Below the pieces are notes generated by a model. That model ran no database searches. It was not told where the DNA came from and worked only from the letters and a program-made list of their open reading frames with translations. The position numbers and the translations under genes are program-made. Below are positions 9,305 through 19,877 of a stretch of 64,000 bases of DNA, piece after piece. The stretch is from a virus (Duplodnaviria > Heunggongvirae > Uroviricota > Caudoviricetes), in IMG/VR virus record IMGVR_UViG_3300044712_000851, positions 32,885 through 96,884 of that record. One strand, 5' to 3'. Position 1 is the first letter of the stretch. The number at the start of each line of letters is the position of its first letter.

Positions 9305-10186
9305 ATGAGCGTAAATCTTTGGGAAGCAACCAACTACGATTTCTATACAAACTCATTGGCAACGGGTATAGCAAGTAATTCAACTATCATCTATCTGCCA
9401 TCAGGAGCGTCTGGTTTAGTGGCTCCTGGAGTCATAGCAATCGATTTATATAGTGACGCGGGAGGAGCTTTGACTACCACTCTTCGCGAATTTGTTTCTT
9501 TTACAACCGTTACAACAGGTCAGGATCAAATATCTGGTCTTACAAGGGGTATAGGTGGTTCAACTGGATTAGCACACAATATTGGAGCTTTGGTTTACGG
9601 TGGTATAACAAATACCCACTGGACAGACTTAGTTGACTTCTTACAAACTGGACACGACGCAAGTGGCAAACACGTTATAGGAACAGCAACCATCGCGTAC
9701 ACGGAAGACATTCAAATGGCTGTTACATCGACAGCCTCTATTGCAAAGGCTTATATAGATACTATTCCTGCCACCACAGCTTTAATGTCTTTGGTTACGG
9801 TCTTTGCTATTAATGTCAGCGGAGCATCTTTGGTCGGTTTTCCAGCCCCAAATCCTGGAGGATTACCAATTATGTATGTAGCGGGAGGATTAGCTACAGG
9901 AACAAATTTGACACCTTACTTAATTGTAGAGGACGCCGTTACTCTTAAGTCTGTTTCAGCGACGTTACGATCACCAGTTTCAAGTGCATCATTAATTATA
10001 GACATAAATAACAATGGAACATCAATCTTTGATACCGCGACACAACCAAGTATTTTAACTGGCGGAACATACGTTTCAACAGCATCAATTAAAAATCCGT
10101 CTTTAGTATCAGGAAATTTAATATCTCTGGATATTGACACTAATCCAGGGTCTAGTGTGGATCTCAGTGTCTTATTAGAAAGCTAA
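9305..10186 (+). CDS. tail fibre-like protein, paralog 2 (tandem duplicate)
   Basis: Same N-terminus and conserved blocks as 8431–9300. Confidence 0.55.
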   Translation: MSVNLWEATNYDFYTNSLATGIASNSTIIYLPSGASGLVAPGVIAIDLYSDAGGALTTTLREFVSFTTVTTGQDQISGLTRGIGGSTGLAHNIGALVYGGITNTHWTDLVDFLQTGHDASGKHVIGTATIAYTEDIQMAVTSTASIAKAYIDTIPATTALMSLVTVFAINVSGASLVGFPAPNPGGLPIMYVAGGLATGTNLTPYLIVEDAVTLKSVSATLRSPVSSASLIIDINNNGTSIFDTATQPSILTGGTYVSTASIKNPSLVSGNLISLDIDTNPGSSVDLSVLLES

Positions 10187-10187
10187 A

Positions 10188-11327
10188 ATGTCAAGATTAC
10201 TACCAATTACAAACGAATCTAGCGACGGTCTCGGAAATCTAAGCGGGACAGCCGCTCCTATTGATTCATCATGCTCAGGGACAGCAGGTACTTACTCTTT
10301 GTCAGCTACTAATGCTTCTTTTGCCGCAGGACAACATATTTTTATACACCAGTCTCGCGGAACGGGTGTTGGTGCTTATGAAGAAAATATAATTGCATCA
10401 TATACTTCTGGAACAATCACCACGGCTCTTCCCTTGGAAAATACCTACACTGACAGCGGTTCTTCTCAGGCTCAGGTTCTTGTTGTTCCCGTCTACAGTA
10501 AGGTTACAGTTGGTTCTACATATACAGTTAAAGCGTGGGATGGAAATGTTGGAGGAATTATCTTTATTAGATGTAGCGGAAGTGTAGACATTACCTCAAC
10601 TGTTGCTGGAAACGGCGGAAACGGAAGTAATAGTGCTGCTCTTGATAATCAAACTGTGGCTGGTGGAACGGGTGGAGGTTTTAGAGGAGGACTAGGAAGA
10701 AACGACGCTCAAGATACCAAAATATCTAATGCAGCTGAAGGATCTGCTGGTGCAGAGGTTGGATACCAAAACTCTGCTAATGGATCTGGTGGAGGTGGAG
10801 GAGGAACGAATGCTAATGAAAATGCTCACGGAGGTGGAGGTGGAGGAAATGCGAGTGCGGGTACAACTGGTGGCGGAGCTCAAGGGGGAGTGGGTGGATC
10901 TGCTACGGGAGATGCTACTTTAGCAACAATCTTTTTCGGTGGTGGTGGAGGTGGAGGCTGGGTTCGTGAATCTAATGCGACATCAAGCGGTGCTTCTGGT
11001 GGAGCAATCGTTATTATAATTTGTAAAAAATTAAATCTTACAGGATCTATAAATGTAAACGGTGGGGTTGGTGGAGGCACGAACACTGGTGGAGGTGGAG
11101 GGGCGGGGGGATCAGTTTTAATTAGAACATTAAGCAGTACTATCGGATCTGGATTAATTACAGCTAGTGGGGGATCTGGGGGATCTGGAGGCTCAGCCAG
11201 TGGAGGAGCGGGCTCAAATGGAAGAATTAGAATTGAAACAGGCTCTTTGTCTGGTACTTCAACCCCATCAGCTAGTACAAACGTTGGAAATAACTCATGG
11301 CAAGGAAGTGTAGGTATAAAAGGATAA
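10188..11327 (+). CDS. glycine-rich fibre/spike-like protein
   Basis: Multiple GGGGGG runs; no collagen GXY periodicity. Confidence 0.55.
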   Translation: MSRLLPITNESSDGLGNLSGTAAPIDSSCSGTAGTYSLSATNASFAAGQHIFIHQSRGTGVGAYEENIIASYTSGTITTALPLENTYTDSGSSQAQVLVVPVYSKVTVGSTYTVKAWDGNVGGIIFIRCSGSVDITSTVAGNGGNGSNSAALDNQTVAGGTGGGFRGGLGRNDAQDTKISNAAEGSAGAEVGYQNSANGSGGGGGGTNANENAHGGGGGGNASAGTTGGGAQGGVGGSATGDATLATIFFGGGGGGGWVRESNATSSGASGGAIVIIICKKLNLTGSINVNGGVGGGTNTGGGGGAGGSVLIRTLSSTIGSGLITASGGSGGSGGSASGGAGSNGRIRIETGSLSGTSTPSASTNVGNNSWQGSVGIKG

Positions 11328-11328
11328 T

Positions 11329-11817
11329 ATGATAAACGTATCAGACATAGCTAATAATCTCCCACTCGTCATTACAATGTTGGGTATTTTCTTTACTGGT
11401 CTAGTTGCTGTCTATGGAATATTTGATAAAAAGATGAAAAATCGTATTAAAGAAGCTGGCGACTTAGATGAAAAAGTCAGAACTTTATATCGCGAAGAAT
11501 CCGATGCTCAGGCTAAAAAAATATCAGAACTTACCAGTAAGATGGCTGAACTTGAAAAATCAATGGAAAAAATAATCTCCGAGAATAAAATAATGAAAGA
11601 AATTTTTCAAGGAAGAGATGGTCAAACGCTTGAATTTCAAAAACAAGGTTTTGAGGCGATTAAGACTGCCGCTGAAATTAAAAGCATGGTTTTAGAACAA
11701 AGAACTATTTCTCTACAAAACAAAGATGGAATTTTAAATGTTAATAAAAATGTCGAACGACTTGCTAAGGCTATTGAAAAACACTTACAGAGTATTGAAA
11801 AACAAGGAGGTGAATAA
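11329..11817 (+). CDS. membrane-anchored coiled-coil protein
   Basis: One N-terminal transmembrane helix (LVITMLGIFFTGLVAVYGIF), then a charged helical region. Confidence 0.45.
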   Translation: MINVSDIANNLPLVITMLGIFFTGLVAVYGIFDKKMKNRIKEAGDLDEKVRTLYREESDAQAKKISELTSKMAELEKSMEKIISENKIMKEIFQGRDGQTLEFQKQGFEAIKTAAEIKSMVLEQRTISLQNKDGILNVNKNVERLAKAIEKHLQSIEKQGGE

Positions 11818-11820
11818 TTA

Positions 11821-12033
11821 ATGAACGATCAAAATTCAAAAAAATGGTATGAATCAAAGACTATCTGGTTTAACATTGTCATGCTTGTCTTGCAGATTGT
11901 TGGCCAGATAATGAATTCACCATTACTTGCCGATCATATGCAAGTACTTGAAATTCTCAGTACTGTTCAGACACTTGGAAACATTGTAATCAGATTCTTA
12001 ACAGACAGTCCAGTTGCTAAGAGTTTAATTTAA
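11821..12033 (+). CDS. small membrane protein (holin-like candidate)
   Basis: 70 aa with a hydrophobic segment IWFNIVMLVLQIVGQI. Confidence 0.4.
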   Translation: MNDQNSKKWYESKTIWFNIVMLVLQIVGQIMNSPLLADHMQVLEILSTVQTLGNIVIRFLTDSPVAKSLI

Positions 12034-12260
12034 TGGAAACAAGATAAGGCCCAGAGCTTTCCATAACCTACCCCTCAGGTTTTGGCTACCTTACTCTGGG
12101 TCTTGTCATATTTCTATTGGTTTGCCTTGACATCAGGGCAGACTTTATGTTTATATTTACTTATACATAGCCACGAGGCGTTATTGCTAGTGGCGACGAA
12201 GACTCATTGTTTCAATGGGTCTTTTTTTGTTTTAACGGAAAGAAGGTGAATTAATAATTT
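12034..12260 (+). promoter_or_regulatory. conserved late leader, copy B: long hairpin, TTGACA-N17-TTTATA, GCCACGAGGC...GCTAGTGG, terminator-like hairpin + T7, RBS
   Basis: Paralogous to 4727–4862; hairpin GACTCATTG-TTTC-AATGGGTC then TTTTTTTG about 30 nt before the ATG. Confidence 0.5.
12201..12229 (+). terminator. intrinsic terminator-like hairpin plus T-tract inside the leader (candidate attenuator)
   Basis: 9-bp stem (one mismatch), 4-nt loop, seven T residues. Confidence 0.45.
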
Positions 12261-13424
12261 ATGATTTTATCATCATCAAAAACTCAAGCTCCAATGTCTT
12301 CAGGTGGAATGTCTGTTCCAGCGGGGACTCCTGTTTATAGTGCTCCAATGTCAATTCCAGGGGCTTATAACACTATGGGAAATTATTACAATGCTCCCGT
12401 AGCCACACCTGCTCCAGCACCAACCCCTAAACCACAAGGAGGATCTGGTCCTACTCCAACAGCGGCAACAACCGCTCCAGCAGGATCTGGATTTGACATG
12501 AATGCTTGGAATGATGCTCTTAACACTTATTATTCTCCAGCTTACTCTAGATTGGATTCTCTTGCTCAACAGTATAGGGACCAAGAGCCTTTAGCAGAAC
12601 AGCAGGTTAATAATCAATATAACCAAGCGTTAATACCTATTGAAGACAACCTTAATACAGGAACGTCAAATATATCTCAACAGAGGCAGGATGTTTATCA
12701 AGGACAGCAATCAGCCATATCTCAGGCTAGACAACTCTACAACGAACTTATGCAACAAGGAATTGCAAAGTTTGGTGCAGGATCTTCAGCAGGACCAGCT
12801 TATGCTGCCATCCTTGGAAAACAAACTTCATCTAACATAGGTGGAGCAATGCAGACTGCTACAAACGCAAACAGCAAACTTGATTCAGAACTCAATAACT
12901 TAACAAAGTTTATAGGATCTCAGAAATCAAGCTTGGCAGAACAGAAGTTGACAGCTATTGGAAAGGTTCAACAAGATCTTAAAGATAAGTTGGCAGCTAT
13001 TGATTCTCAAAAAGGTCAGTTAGACCAGAGCAAGGCAGAACAACAGATGCAAGCTTTGATTGATGCACGAAACAGAGCCTATCAAATAGAGGATGCTTCA
13101 ACTGCATTCCAGAGACAGATAGATTTGTTCAACGCACAAACACAGGCATCTATTGCACAAAAGTACAGTGTTAACAATGGAATTAGTAGTGATGCTTTAT
13201 CACAATTCACTAAGTTAGCACCTATTTTGGGTATTCAGCCAGCAGCTCAAGTATTGGGAATAGACCTAAGTAAGGTTCAAGGACAATTAACTCCTTACGC
13301 AACTGGTACTTGGATCAATCTAGGAAACGGAACTTACTATAATAACCAAACAGGTGAATATAGTCAGACTCCTCCAGCTCAGTCAATTGATGCAATCTCG
13401 GGTATATTAACAGGGAATCGTTAA
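12261..13424 (+). CDS. Gln/Asn-rich coiled-coil virion protein
   Basis: RBS GAAGGTG; Pro/Ala/Thr-rich N-terminus then Q-rich helical region. Confidence 0.55.
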   Translation: MILSSSKTQAPMSSGGMSVPAGTPVYSAPMSIPGAYNTMGNYYNAPVATPAPAPTPKPQGGSGPTPTAATTAPAGSGFDMNAWNDALNTYYSPAYSRLDSLAQQYRDQEPLAEQQVNNQYNQALIPIEDNLNTGTSNISQQRQDVYQGQQSAISQARQLYNELMQQGIAKFGAGSSAGPAYAAILGKQTSSNIGGAMQTATNANSKLDSELNNLTKFIGSQKSSLAEQKLTAIGKVQQDLKDKLAAIDSQKGQLDQSKAEQQMQALIDARNRAYQIEDASTAFQRQIDLFNAQTQASIAQKYSVNNGISSDALSQFTKLAPILGIQPAAQVLGIDLSKVQGQLTPYATGTWINLGNGTYYNNQTGEYSQTPPAQSIDAISGILTGNR

Positions 13425-13468
13425 TCTAATGCCCCCTGTTAAAGATGGACATAGATTATTAATTTCTC

Positions 13469-16400
13469 ATGGCAATAAACCTTAAAGATATAGTAGCTAG
13501 TGCCAAACAGACTTTCGCAAAAATTGCACAAAGTCCAATGGCACAAGCTGCCGTCAAAACAGTTACAAATTTACCACAGACGTTCTCAAACCCTGTGGGT
13601 TCTCCTGTTGTTCAACAAGCCTTTCAAAACATCTCCAACTGGAGACCAAACCCTCAAAATTCCATGACTCTCGGTCAGGGAATATCTAAGCTTCCAGAAC
13701 AAGTCAAAACTGATTGGCTTCAGGGTGGTTTGGTTAAAAACAATCCATTATTAGGAATGGTTAATATTGCTGGTTACCATCCATCAGAACAAGCAATGAG
13801 CAACTTGGCAGCACTTCCTGGATCAATCTTCAATACTTATGCCCGTGCAGTCAGTGTTCCATTTAGACCAGGACCTCTATCAAGTAAGATCGGCGATATT
13901 GCCGCTGGAGTAGGTTCTATCATGGACCCAATTCAAGGACCAATTGGTGGAGCTTTTGGGGCAGGCATGAAAGGTATAGACAACCTCACAAAAGGTCAGC
14001 CGTTTACACAAGACATGGGAGAAGCTTACACAGAAGGAACTCAATTTGGTTATACCCTAACTCCTCTTAGTAAAATTACAGGAACAATTTTAGAGCCATT
14101 GGTTAGTAAGTTTGCTCCAGTTGAAATTCAAAACATCAATCAATATTTGAATTTAGCAAAGACAGCTGGTTCTGAGGGAATAAGAAATCAATATCTCAAA
14201 TTAGCCGCTAAAAGAATCATTCAAAACCTAACCAAAGATAGCCTTGAGGGTGCGGTAAGTATGGGTCTTTTTGGTGCCACAATGCCAGCCTCAAACAAAG
14301 AAGAGAGAATTAAGAACATTCTTGATCAGGGAATAATGGGTGCAAAATTTGCAGCTGGTATGGGTGGAATTAAACTAGGTGTTCAGGCAGGAGTAGGACA
14401 ACTTCCAGGTTTAATCAAAAACACCAAATCGGAAGACATGCCTCTTGGTTTATCTGTTAAAAAGCTAACCAGAGAACAACATTATCAAAACCTAGCAGAA
14501 CAGCAAGGAACTGCTGATTTGGGTGGAGGCAAGAGCGTCGTAACACAACCTCTTGGTGAAATGAATATAGAAAAACCTGTATTAAAGGCAGTGGACGCGA
14601 CTTTTGATGAGGGAACTGGTAGCTCAGGTTTTCATAGAAATTTGGATAAGGTAAGTAACATTAAACCAAGTTGGGCGATTATATACAAAACTAAACCAAG
14701 TCCTGAATTGATATCAGCCGCAGAAGAGGCTGGTCTTAAGGTTAATGTTCGTAAGAATGGTATTACCGATGTCTACGCAGAAGATATATCAAGAACACAA
14801 ACTCAAAAAGCCCAAAATATTTTCGATAAGTTTGCGGAGATATACAAGACAAAGAAAGCAATGTCGGTTGCTGAACCTGTGGACATTAAGGGAAAAACAG
14901 CCCCTGTTCAAACAGAAGTAACACCTCCATCACCAGAAACACAAACCATAGCTCAAGATATTACAGCTGGTACTAATAAGGCACAACAAATTCAAGATTT
15001 GATGACTGAAAATCAGAGGTTGCTCGCTGATCGTGCCCCAGGGGAGTCTATGACTGATTATTTCAAGAGGAATGTTGATGCAGAAGCTAAGATTAAGGCC
15101 AACAAGGAAGCAATTAATAACTTAATACAAGGTAAAGACAGCGGACTAATTAATGCGGAAGATTTGCTTAATACAGATACGTCTAAACTTCCAGACCGCG
15201 TTGGCGGACTAAATGTTAAACGTCTTAAGCTCTCTGAATCAGGTAAAAAAGTTATTGCAGGAATACAACCAGAATTAGAAAAGATCAAAGGCAGAACTCT
15301 AACTCACAAGGAAATAATTGATGCATCAGAAAAAGCCCCACTTCTTGAAAGAGTTGTTACCCGCGCGGAGACCAAAGCCGTCGATGCGTCTCTTTTGGCA
15401 ACAAAGGCTCATATTAGCAACCTAGATAGATCAGTTGAACAAGCTCTTAAGGAAGGGAAAAATCCTAAGGCATATATATTAGACATGCTTGAGACCTCTA
15501 AAAAAGTTTCAGCATACAATTCTGATGTGGCTCGAAGACTTGAGGCTAACAAGGTTAACCCAGAGGAGCTAAGCACAAGAGCAAGAATTTTATCCGATCT
15601 AGGTAAGATAGAAGCTGATAGTAATAAACTTGCCGAAGAGGCTGCAAAGGTTGATTGGAATGATTCAAAGAGCATTCAACAGTTTTATAGACAGTTTGTT
15701 AAACCAGGATTGAGGGAAATAATTGATGAGATGAGATACAATAACATTCTCTCAAACCCAAAGTCACAACTAAGAAACATATTTGGAAACTTGACACAGA
15801 CCTTTGTGGTCAGACCAGCCACAGATATTCTTTCAGAAACACTAAAAGGTACAACTTCTGGATTAAAAGGACAGGGTTTTGATTTGTCTCGTGGCTTGAA
15901 AGCTGGTGCTCAATATTACAAGGGATCATTGGGTGCATTCCCTGAGGCAAGTAAAGCCTTGATGAATGCTATTAAAGGCAAGACTCCTGTAGAAAAACTC
16001 GATATAAACTTTATGCCTACTGGTGTTCTACCAGAAAAATGGAATCTTCCAAGTAATTTGATGGAAGGTATGGATAGATTCTTTACCACTCTCATCATGG
16101 GTGGAGAGATGGCTCAAGGAAAATCTGCTTCATCTGCGGAAACTTTGGCTAAATATTCACTTTTCAGAAATAAGCTTGACCCATCAAACAATTCTGGACA
16201 AGGAATACTTCTTTCAAAATTAGACAAATTAGGAGTTGGTATTAACCAAATGAGAAACTGGCTTCCAGGTGGTAAATGGATGGTTCCTTTCTTCAATACT
16301 GGTTTTCAAATAGCAAAGCAATGGATCGAATATTCACCAGCTGGTCTTGCAACTATTCCAGGGGCTGCCGACAAAGAAGAACAGTTGGCAAAGGCACTTA

Positions 16401-17860
16401 TTGGATCAGGACTCTTCATGTTTGGAACAGCATTGGCAAACAGCGGAAATGTAACATGGGCTGCACCAACCGATCCAAAAGAAAAAGAGTTATTCTATGC
16501 AACAGGAAGAAAACCATATTCTATAAAGATCGGAGAAAACTGGGTACCAATGAATTATCTGGGAACAATATCTCTTCCTTTTGCCGTACCTGCGGCTATG
16601 CATTACTGGAACAAAGAAGCTCCTACTGCGATGACTGATAGTACCCTTCAAAAAGTTGGAAAGACAATGCTTTCAGGGGTTCAGCTTTGGGCACAACAGA
16701 CATCAATGGCAAACGTTGAAAATATACTTAAGATGCTTCAAGGAGACATCGACACTTCTTTGGCTGGATCTGCTGGTTTTGCTACCGCTCAAATAATTCC
16801 AATGGAAGGATTTTTGAGATATGTTGCTCAATTTATAGACCCTGTTTATAGAAAAGCTGGAGGATTTTTGGGTAATATTGAAGCTGGTCTACCTTTGGTT
16901 AGTATGACTCTACCATCTTACAAAGACCCACTCGGCAACACCGAAAAGAGATCTTTTATCAACAACTTCCTGCCATACGACATCAGCAAGTCAAATATTA
17001 ATTATGAAATTCCTTATCAGATGAGAATGTCTCAATTGCAAAGTAACGCGATTGAAAACAATATACAAAAACAAGCAGAGACTTTTATAGAACAAATGCA
17101 CGGAGTTCCACAGGACGTTGCGTTAACGCAACTCACCGACATGCAGAAGAATAATCCTAAGATGTTCCAAAATGTAAAAGACTTATTGCAAAAACAAGGA
17201 GAGGTTCAAAAAGCTGGATTGCAAGGGTTGTACACCACTCAGCCTGGTCAAGAGCCAGGTAGAGCTCTCTATATCATTAATAAGGCTAAAGAATTAAAAG
17301 ATCCAGAGAAGATTTCAACATTCTTAGACAACCTACAGAAGTTGCAAGTCTTGACTCCAAAGGTCATTGTAGAAATTCAAAAGCAACTCGAACAAGGGAA
17401 AGCCCCAACCAACTACGGAGTCAACCCATTGGAAAAGATTAAATATTTGTTGGGTGTTCCAGAGGCTAAAGCTGCCGATATTGGAACTACTCCTACTGTA
17501 AATTCGACTGCAACACCAGCACCAACAACCCAGCAAACACCAACAACAAAGAGTTCTACCATTCCTCCTGCCTCAATGCAGAAAATTATGAATACTTTGA
17601 GTTTGACTTCTTCAAAAAAGAAAGTCAAAATACCTCAGAAGCTAATTACAGCCGCAGGAAGAGTGCCAAAAGCACCAAAGAGTAGAAAGTTTTCACCAAA
17701 GAATACAAGCCGAAGTGGTTCATTAAAGGCTGGAAGTATAAAAGCTCCAAAGATTAAATCAGCAACTGGAAAAGGAAATTTTTCATTGAAGTCACTTAAT
17801 ATTAAGTTTCCTAAGTTTTATATGCCTAGACCTAGAAGAAGTAAAATCAAAGTAAGATGA
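13469..17860 (+). CDS. very large virion protein (tape-measure or ejected internal protein candidate) with a highly basic C-terminal tail
   Basis: 1463-aa ORF; last about 90 aa are Lys/Arg/Ser-rich; sits directly upstream of the cell-wall hydrolases. Confidence 0.65.
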   Translation: MAINLKDIVASAKQTFAKIAQSPMAQAAVKTVTNLPQTFSNPVGSPVVQQAFQNISNWRPNPQNSMTLGQGISKLPEQVKTDWLQGGLVKNNPLLGMVNIAGYHPSEQAMSNLAALPGSIFNTYARAVSVPFRPGPLSSKIGDIAAGVGSIMDPIQGPIGGAFGAGMKGIDNLTKGQPFTQDMGEAYTEGTQFGYTLTPLSKITGTILEPLVSKFAPVEIQNINQYLNLAKTAGSEGIRNQYLKLAAKRIIQNLTKDSLEGAVSMGLFGATMPASNKEERIKNILDQGIMGAKFAAGMGGIKLGVQAGVGQLPGLIKNTKSEDMPLGLSVKKLTREQHYQNLAEQQGTADLGGGKSVVTQPLGEMNIEKPVLKAVDATFDEGTGSSGFHRNLDKVSNIKPSWAIIYKTKPSPELISAAEEAGLKVNVRKNGITDVYAEDISRTQTQKAQNIFDKFAEIYKTKKAMSVAEPVDIKGKTAPVQTEVTPPSPETQTIAQDITAGTNKAQQIQDLMTENQRLLADRAPGESMTDYFKRNVDAEAKIKANKEAINNLIQGKDSGLINAEDLLNTDTSKLPDRVGGLNVKRLKLSESGKKVIAGIQPELEKIKGRTLTHKEIIDASEKAPLLERVVTRAETKAVDASLLATKAHISNLDRSVEQALKEGKNPKAYILDMLETSKKVSAYNSDVARRLEANKVNPEELSTRARILSDLGKIEADSNKLAEEAAKVDWNDSKSIQQFYRQFVKPGLREIIDEMRYNNILSNPKSQLRNIFGNLTQTFVVRPATDILSETLKGTTSGLKGQGFDLSRGLKAGAQYYKGSLGAFPEASKALMNAIKGKTPVEKLDINFMPTGVLPEKWNLPSNLMEGMDRFFTTLIMGGEMAQGKSASSAETLAKYSLFRNKLDPSNNSGQGILLSKLDKLGVGINQMRNWLPGGKWMVPFFNTGFQIAKQWIEYSPAGLATIPGAADKEEQLAKALIGSGLFMFGTALANSGNVTWAAPTDPKEKELFYATGRKPYSIKIGENWVPMNYLGTISLPFAVPAAMHYWNKEAPTAMTDSTLQKVGKTMLSGVQLWAQQTSMANVENILKMLQGDIDTSLAGSAGFATAQIIPMEGFLRYVAQFIDPVYRKAGGFLGNIEAGLPLVSMTLPSYKDPLGNTEKRSFINNFLPYDISKSNINYEIPYQMRMSQLQSNAIENNIQKQAETFIEQMHGVPQDVALTQLTDMQKNNPKMFQNVKDLLQKQGEVQKAGLQGLYTTQPGQEPGRALYIINKAKELKDPEKISTFLDNLQKLQVLTPKVIVEIQKQLEQGKAPTNYGVNPLEKIKYLLGVPEAKAADIGTTPTVNSTATPAPTTQQTPTTKSSTIPPASMQKIMNTLSLTSSKKKVKIPQKLITAAGRVPKAPKSRKFSPKNTSRSGSLKAGSIKAPKIKSATGKGNFSLKSLNIKFPKFYMPRPRRSKIKVR

Positions 17861-18687
17861 ACCCAATAGAACAAGCTAAAAATAACTTTACACATTTACT
17901 GAGCACTATTCCAGTGTTGGGTAAAATGTTTGGTGGATCACAACAACCAGTCGCGACCCCTCAACCATTGGCGGCTCGTGTCACAGGATGGAATCCAGTT
18001 TCAGATGGCTCTGGCTATTTACCTGCCTACGACAATGCACCAGCTCAGTACAAATACATACCAGATCCAACTCCACGAGCACAAAATCCTGTTCCACAGG
18101 CAGTTGCCCCTAGCCAACCCGTTCCACCAATGACTCAGACTGCCGTATCTGGCCAGAATGGACTTGTCAATCGAGGAAGACTCCCAGTTTTTGATACTCA
18201 ATTTAAACCCAATGAAACAGTAGTGGACGCTATCAATAAGGCAGCTACAAAATACAACGTCCCTGCCCAATTGCTTTTTGACATTGGTTATTCTGAGAGT
18301 TCACTTGATCCAAACAAACTTAATCCTGACGCCCCAGCTCTTGATCCCGAGGGTCTTTTCCAATTTACTAAAGGAAGTTGGTATGGAGGACCAGATGCAA
18401 ATGGTAATTGGCAACCTGGAATATTGAAACAATATGCAACTAATCCATCTATGAGCCTTTATAATGTACTTCCAAGCAATAACAGGCAAGATCCGTACAC
18501 CAACGCTTTGGCAGCGGCTTACTTAATTAAATATGGTCAGTTGGGTAAATGGGATGCAAGTGAATGGAATTGGGGCAATCAGTGGTCTCCGCAAGAACTT
18601 GAAAATCTAGGCTTCTATAAACAAACTATTTATCACAATCCAGGTGAACGTGCGAGCGTAAGATTGTCTAAGAAAACAAACAAATAA
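17857..18687 (+). CDS. lytic transglycosylase (SLT domain), virion-associated
   Basis: YSESSLDP...GLFQFT matches the SLT catalytic E-S...GLMQ motif. Confidence 0.6.
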   Translation: MNPIEQAKNNFTHLLSTIPVLGKMFGGSQQPVATPQPLAARVTGWNPVSDGSGYLPAYDNAPAQYKYIPDPTPRAQNPVPQAVAPSQPVPPMTQTAVSGQNGLVNRGRLPVFDTQFKPNETVVDAINKAATKYNVPAQLLFDIGYSESSLDPNKLNPDAPALDPEGLFQFTKGSWYGGPDANGNWQPGILKQYATNPSMSLYNVLPSNNRQDPYTNALAAAYLIKYGQLGKWDASEWNWGNQWSPQELENLGFYKQTIYHNPGERASVRLSKKTNK

Positions 18688-18752
18688 AGAGGTAAACGAC
18701 TTGACTTTTTCTTTGAAAGTAGTACTATTAATAAGGAGTCACAGCTCCAAAT

Positions 18753-19877
18753 ATGCAAATACCTTTGCCCATTTTTAGTCAGAGAGATCCTCGTTGGAAG
18801 GACAAAAAATTGGGTATCTCAAGTAATTCTATAGGGGGGTACGGATGTTTAGATACCTGTCTTGCCATGGTTGCAAAATACTACGGTAAAGATACTGATC
18901 CAGATAGGTTAAACTCTGCTTTAATTAAACTTACTAATGACACCAAAGAAGCGTGGGGATATAAAGATGGTGATTTGTACATATGGAAGTCAGTTACCCA
19001 AATCTATAGTGATATAACCGAAACTAAACAGGTCTTAACTCCAAATCCTGTTTCCTCAACTCAATTTAATTCAATCAAAGCTGAAATTGATGCTGGTCGC
19101 CCAGTTATAATAGAGGTTGATTTTATTCCTGCCACTTCAGGTATTGATATGCACTTCGTCGTTATAATTGGTTATACAGATAATGGAGATGGAACAGTTA
19201 CTTGGATAGTTGCAGATCCTTGGTATGGTGACGTTTCAAACCTAACTCGTTATTGTAAAGATGGTTTGGCTAAAAATCAGGCATACACCATACAAAGATT
19301 TGTCTTTACTTTCGGACCAATTCCTACTCCAGCAGTTGATAAACCAAATGATGATCAGGTGCGTGCTCTATCTGTAATTAATTCTGGTTATAACGATTTA
19401 CCAGCTGATGATAACAAACCAGGTAATTTAGAGTCTTATGCTCGCAGAATGATTGATGAAGATAAGGCATTTCCACAGGCAGACAACAAAGCAAAACAGT
19501 TTGATGCTTTCATCGAAAAATGGTTTAGAGAATGGACTTTAGCCGAAGATACTAACGGAAATAAAAGTCATCAGATTATTTTAGAGGAAGAGATGGGTAA
19601 ATTCTTAGGTTTCGAAGACAAGAGCACAGAATACCGTGGAGCAATAGAAAGTCTTGTTGGACACTTTGATGATGATCCAGCTCTACTTAAAGCATTGGAG
19701 GCATTTAAAGATGAATTAGACGGTCTAAGGGGCAAGCTTGAAGACTGTCAGAAAGCACAATTACCAAAAGGATATCTTGTAAAATCTGTCACTTTTCGCT
19801 GGTTTAATAAAAAGGATTATACGATTAATATCTATGACCCTTCTTTAGCCCCAAAAGACACATCTAACGATTCTTAA
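18753..19877 (+). CDS. peptidase C39-like/papain-like cell-wall hydrolase (endolysin candidate)
   Basis: N-terminal QRDPRW...GGYGCLDTCLAMV resembles Peptidase_C39_2. Confidence 0.5.
   Translation: MQIPLPIFSQRDPRWKDKKLGISSNSIGGYGCLDTCLAMVAKYYGKDTDPDRLNSALIKLTNDTKEAWGYKDGDLYIWKSVTQIYSDITETKQVLTPNPVSSTQFNSIKAEIDAGRPVIIEVDFIPATSGIDMHFVVIIGYTDNGDGTVTWIVADPWYGDVSNLTRYCKDGLAKNQAYTIQRFVFTFGPIPTPAVDKPNDDQVRALSVINSGYNDLPADDNKPGNLESYARRMIDEDKAFPQADNKAKQFDAFIEKWFREWTLAEDTNGNKSHQIILEEEMGKFLGFEDKSTEYRGAIESLVGHFDDDPALLKALEAFKDELDGLRGKLEDCQKAQLPKGYLVKSVTFRWFNKKDYTINIYDPSLAPKDTSNDS

Noticed and set aside
10692-11086. Minus-strand ORFs encoding poly-Pro and Ser-rich peptides
   Set aside because: Antisense reading of the Gly-rich gene (GGN codons give CCN antisense); also the antisense ORFs inside 13469–17860
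10188-11327. Collagen-like protein
   Set aside because: Glycine runs lack Gly-X-Y triplet periodicity
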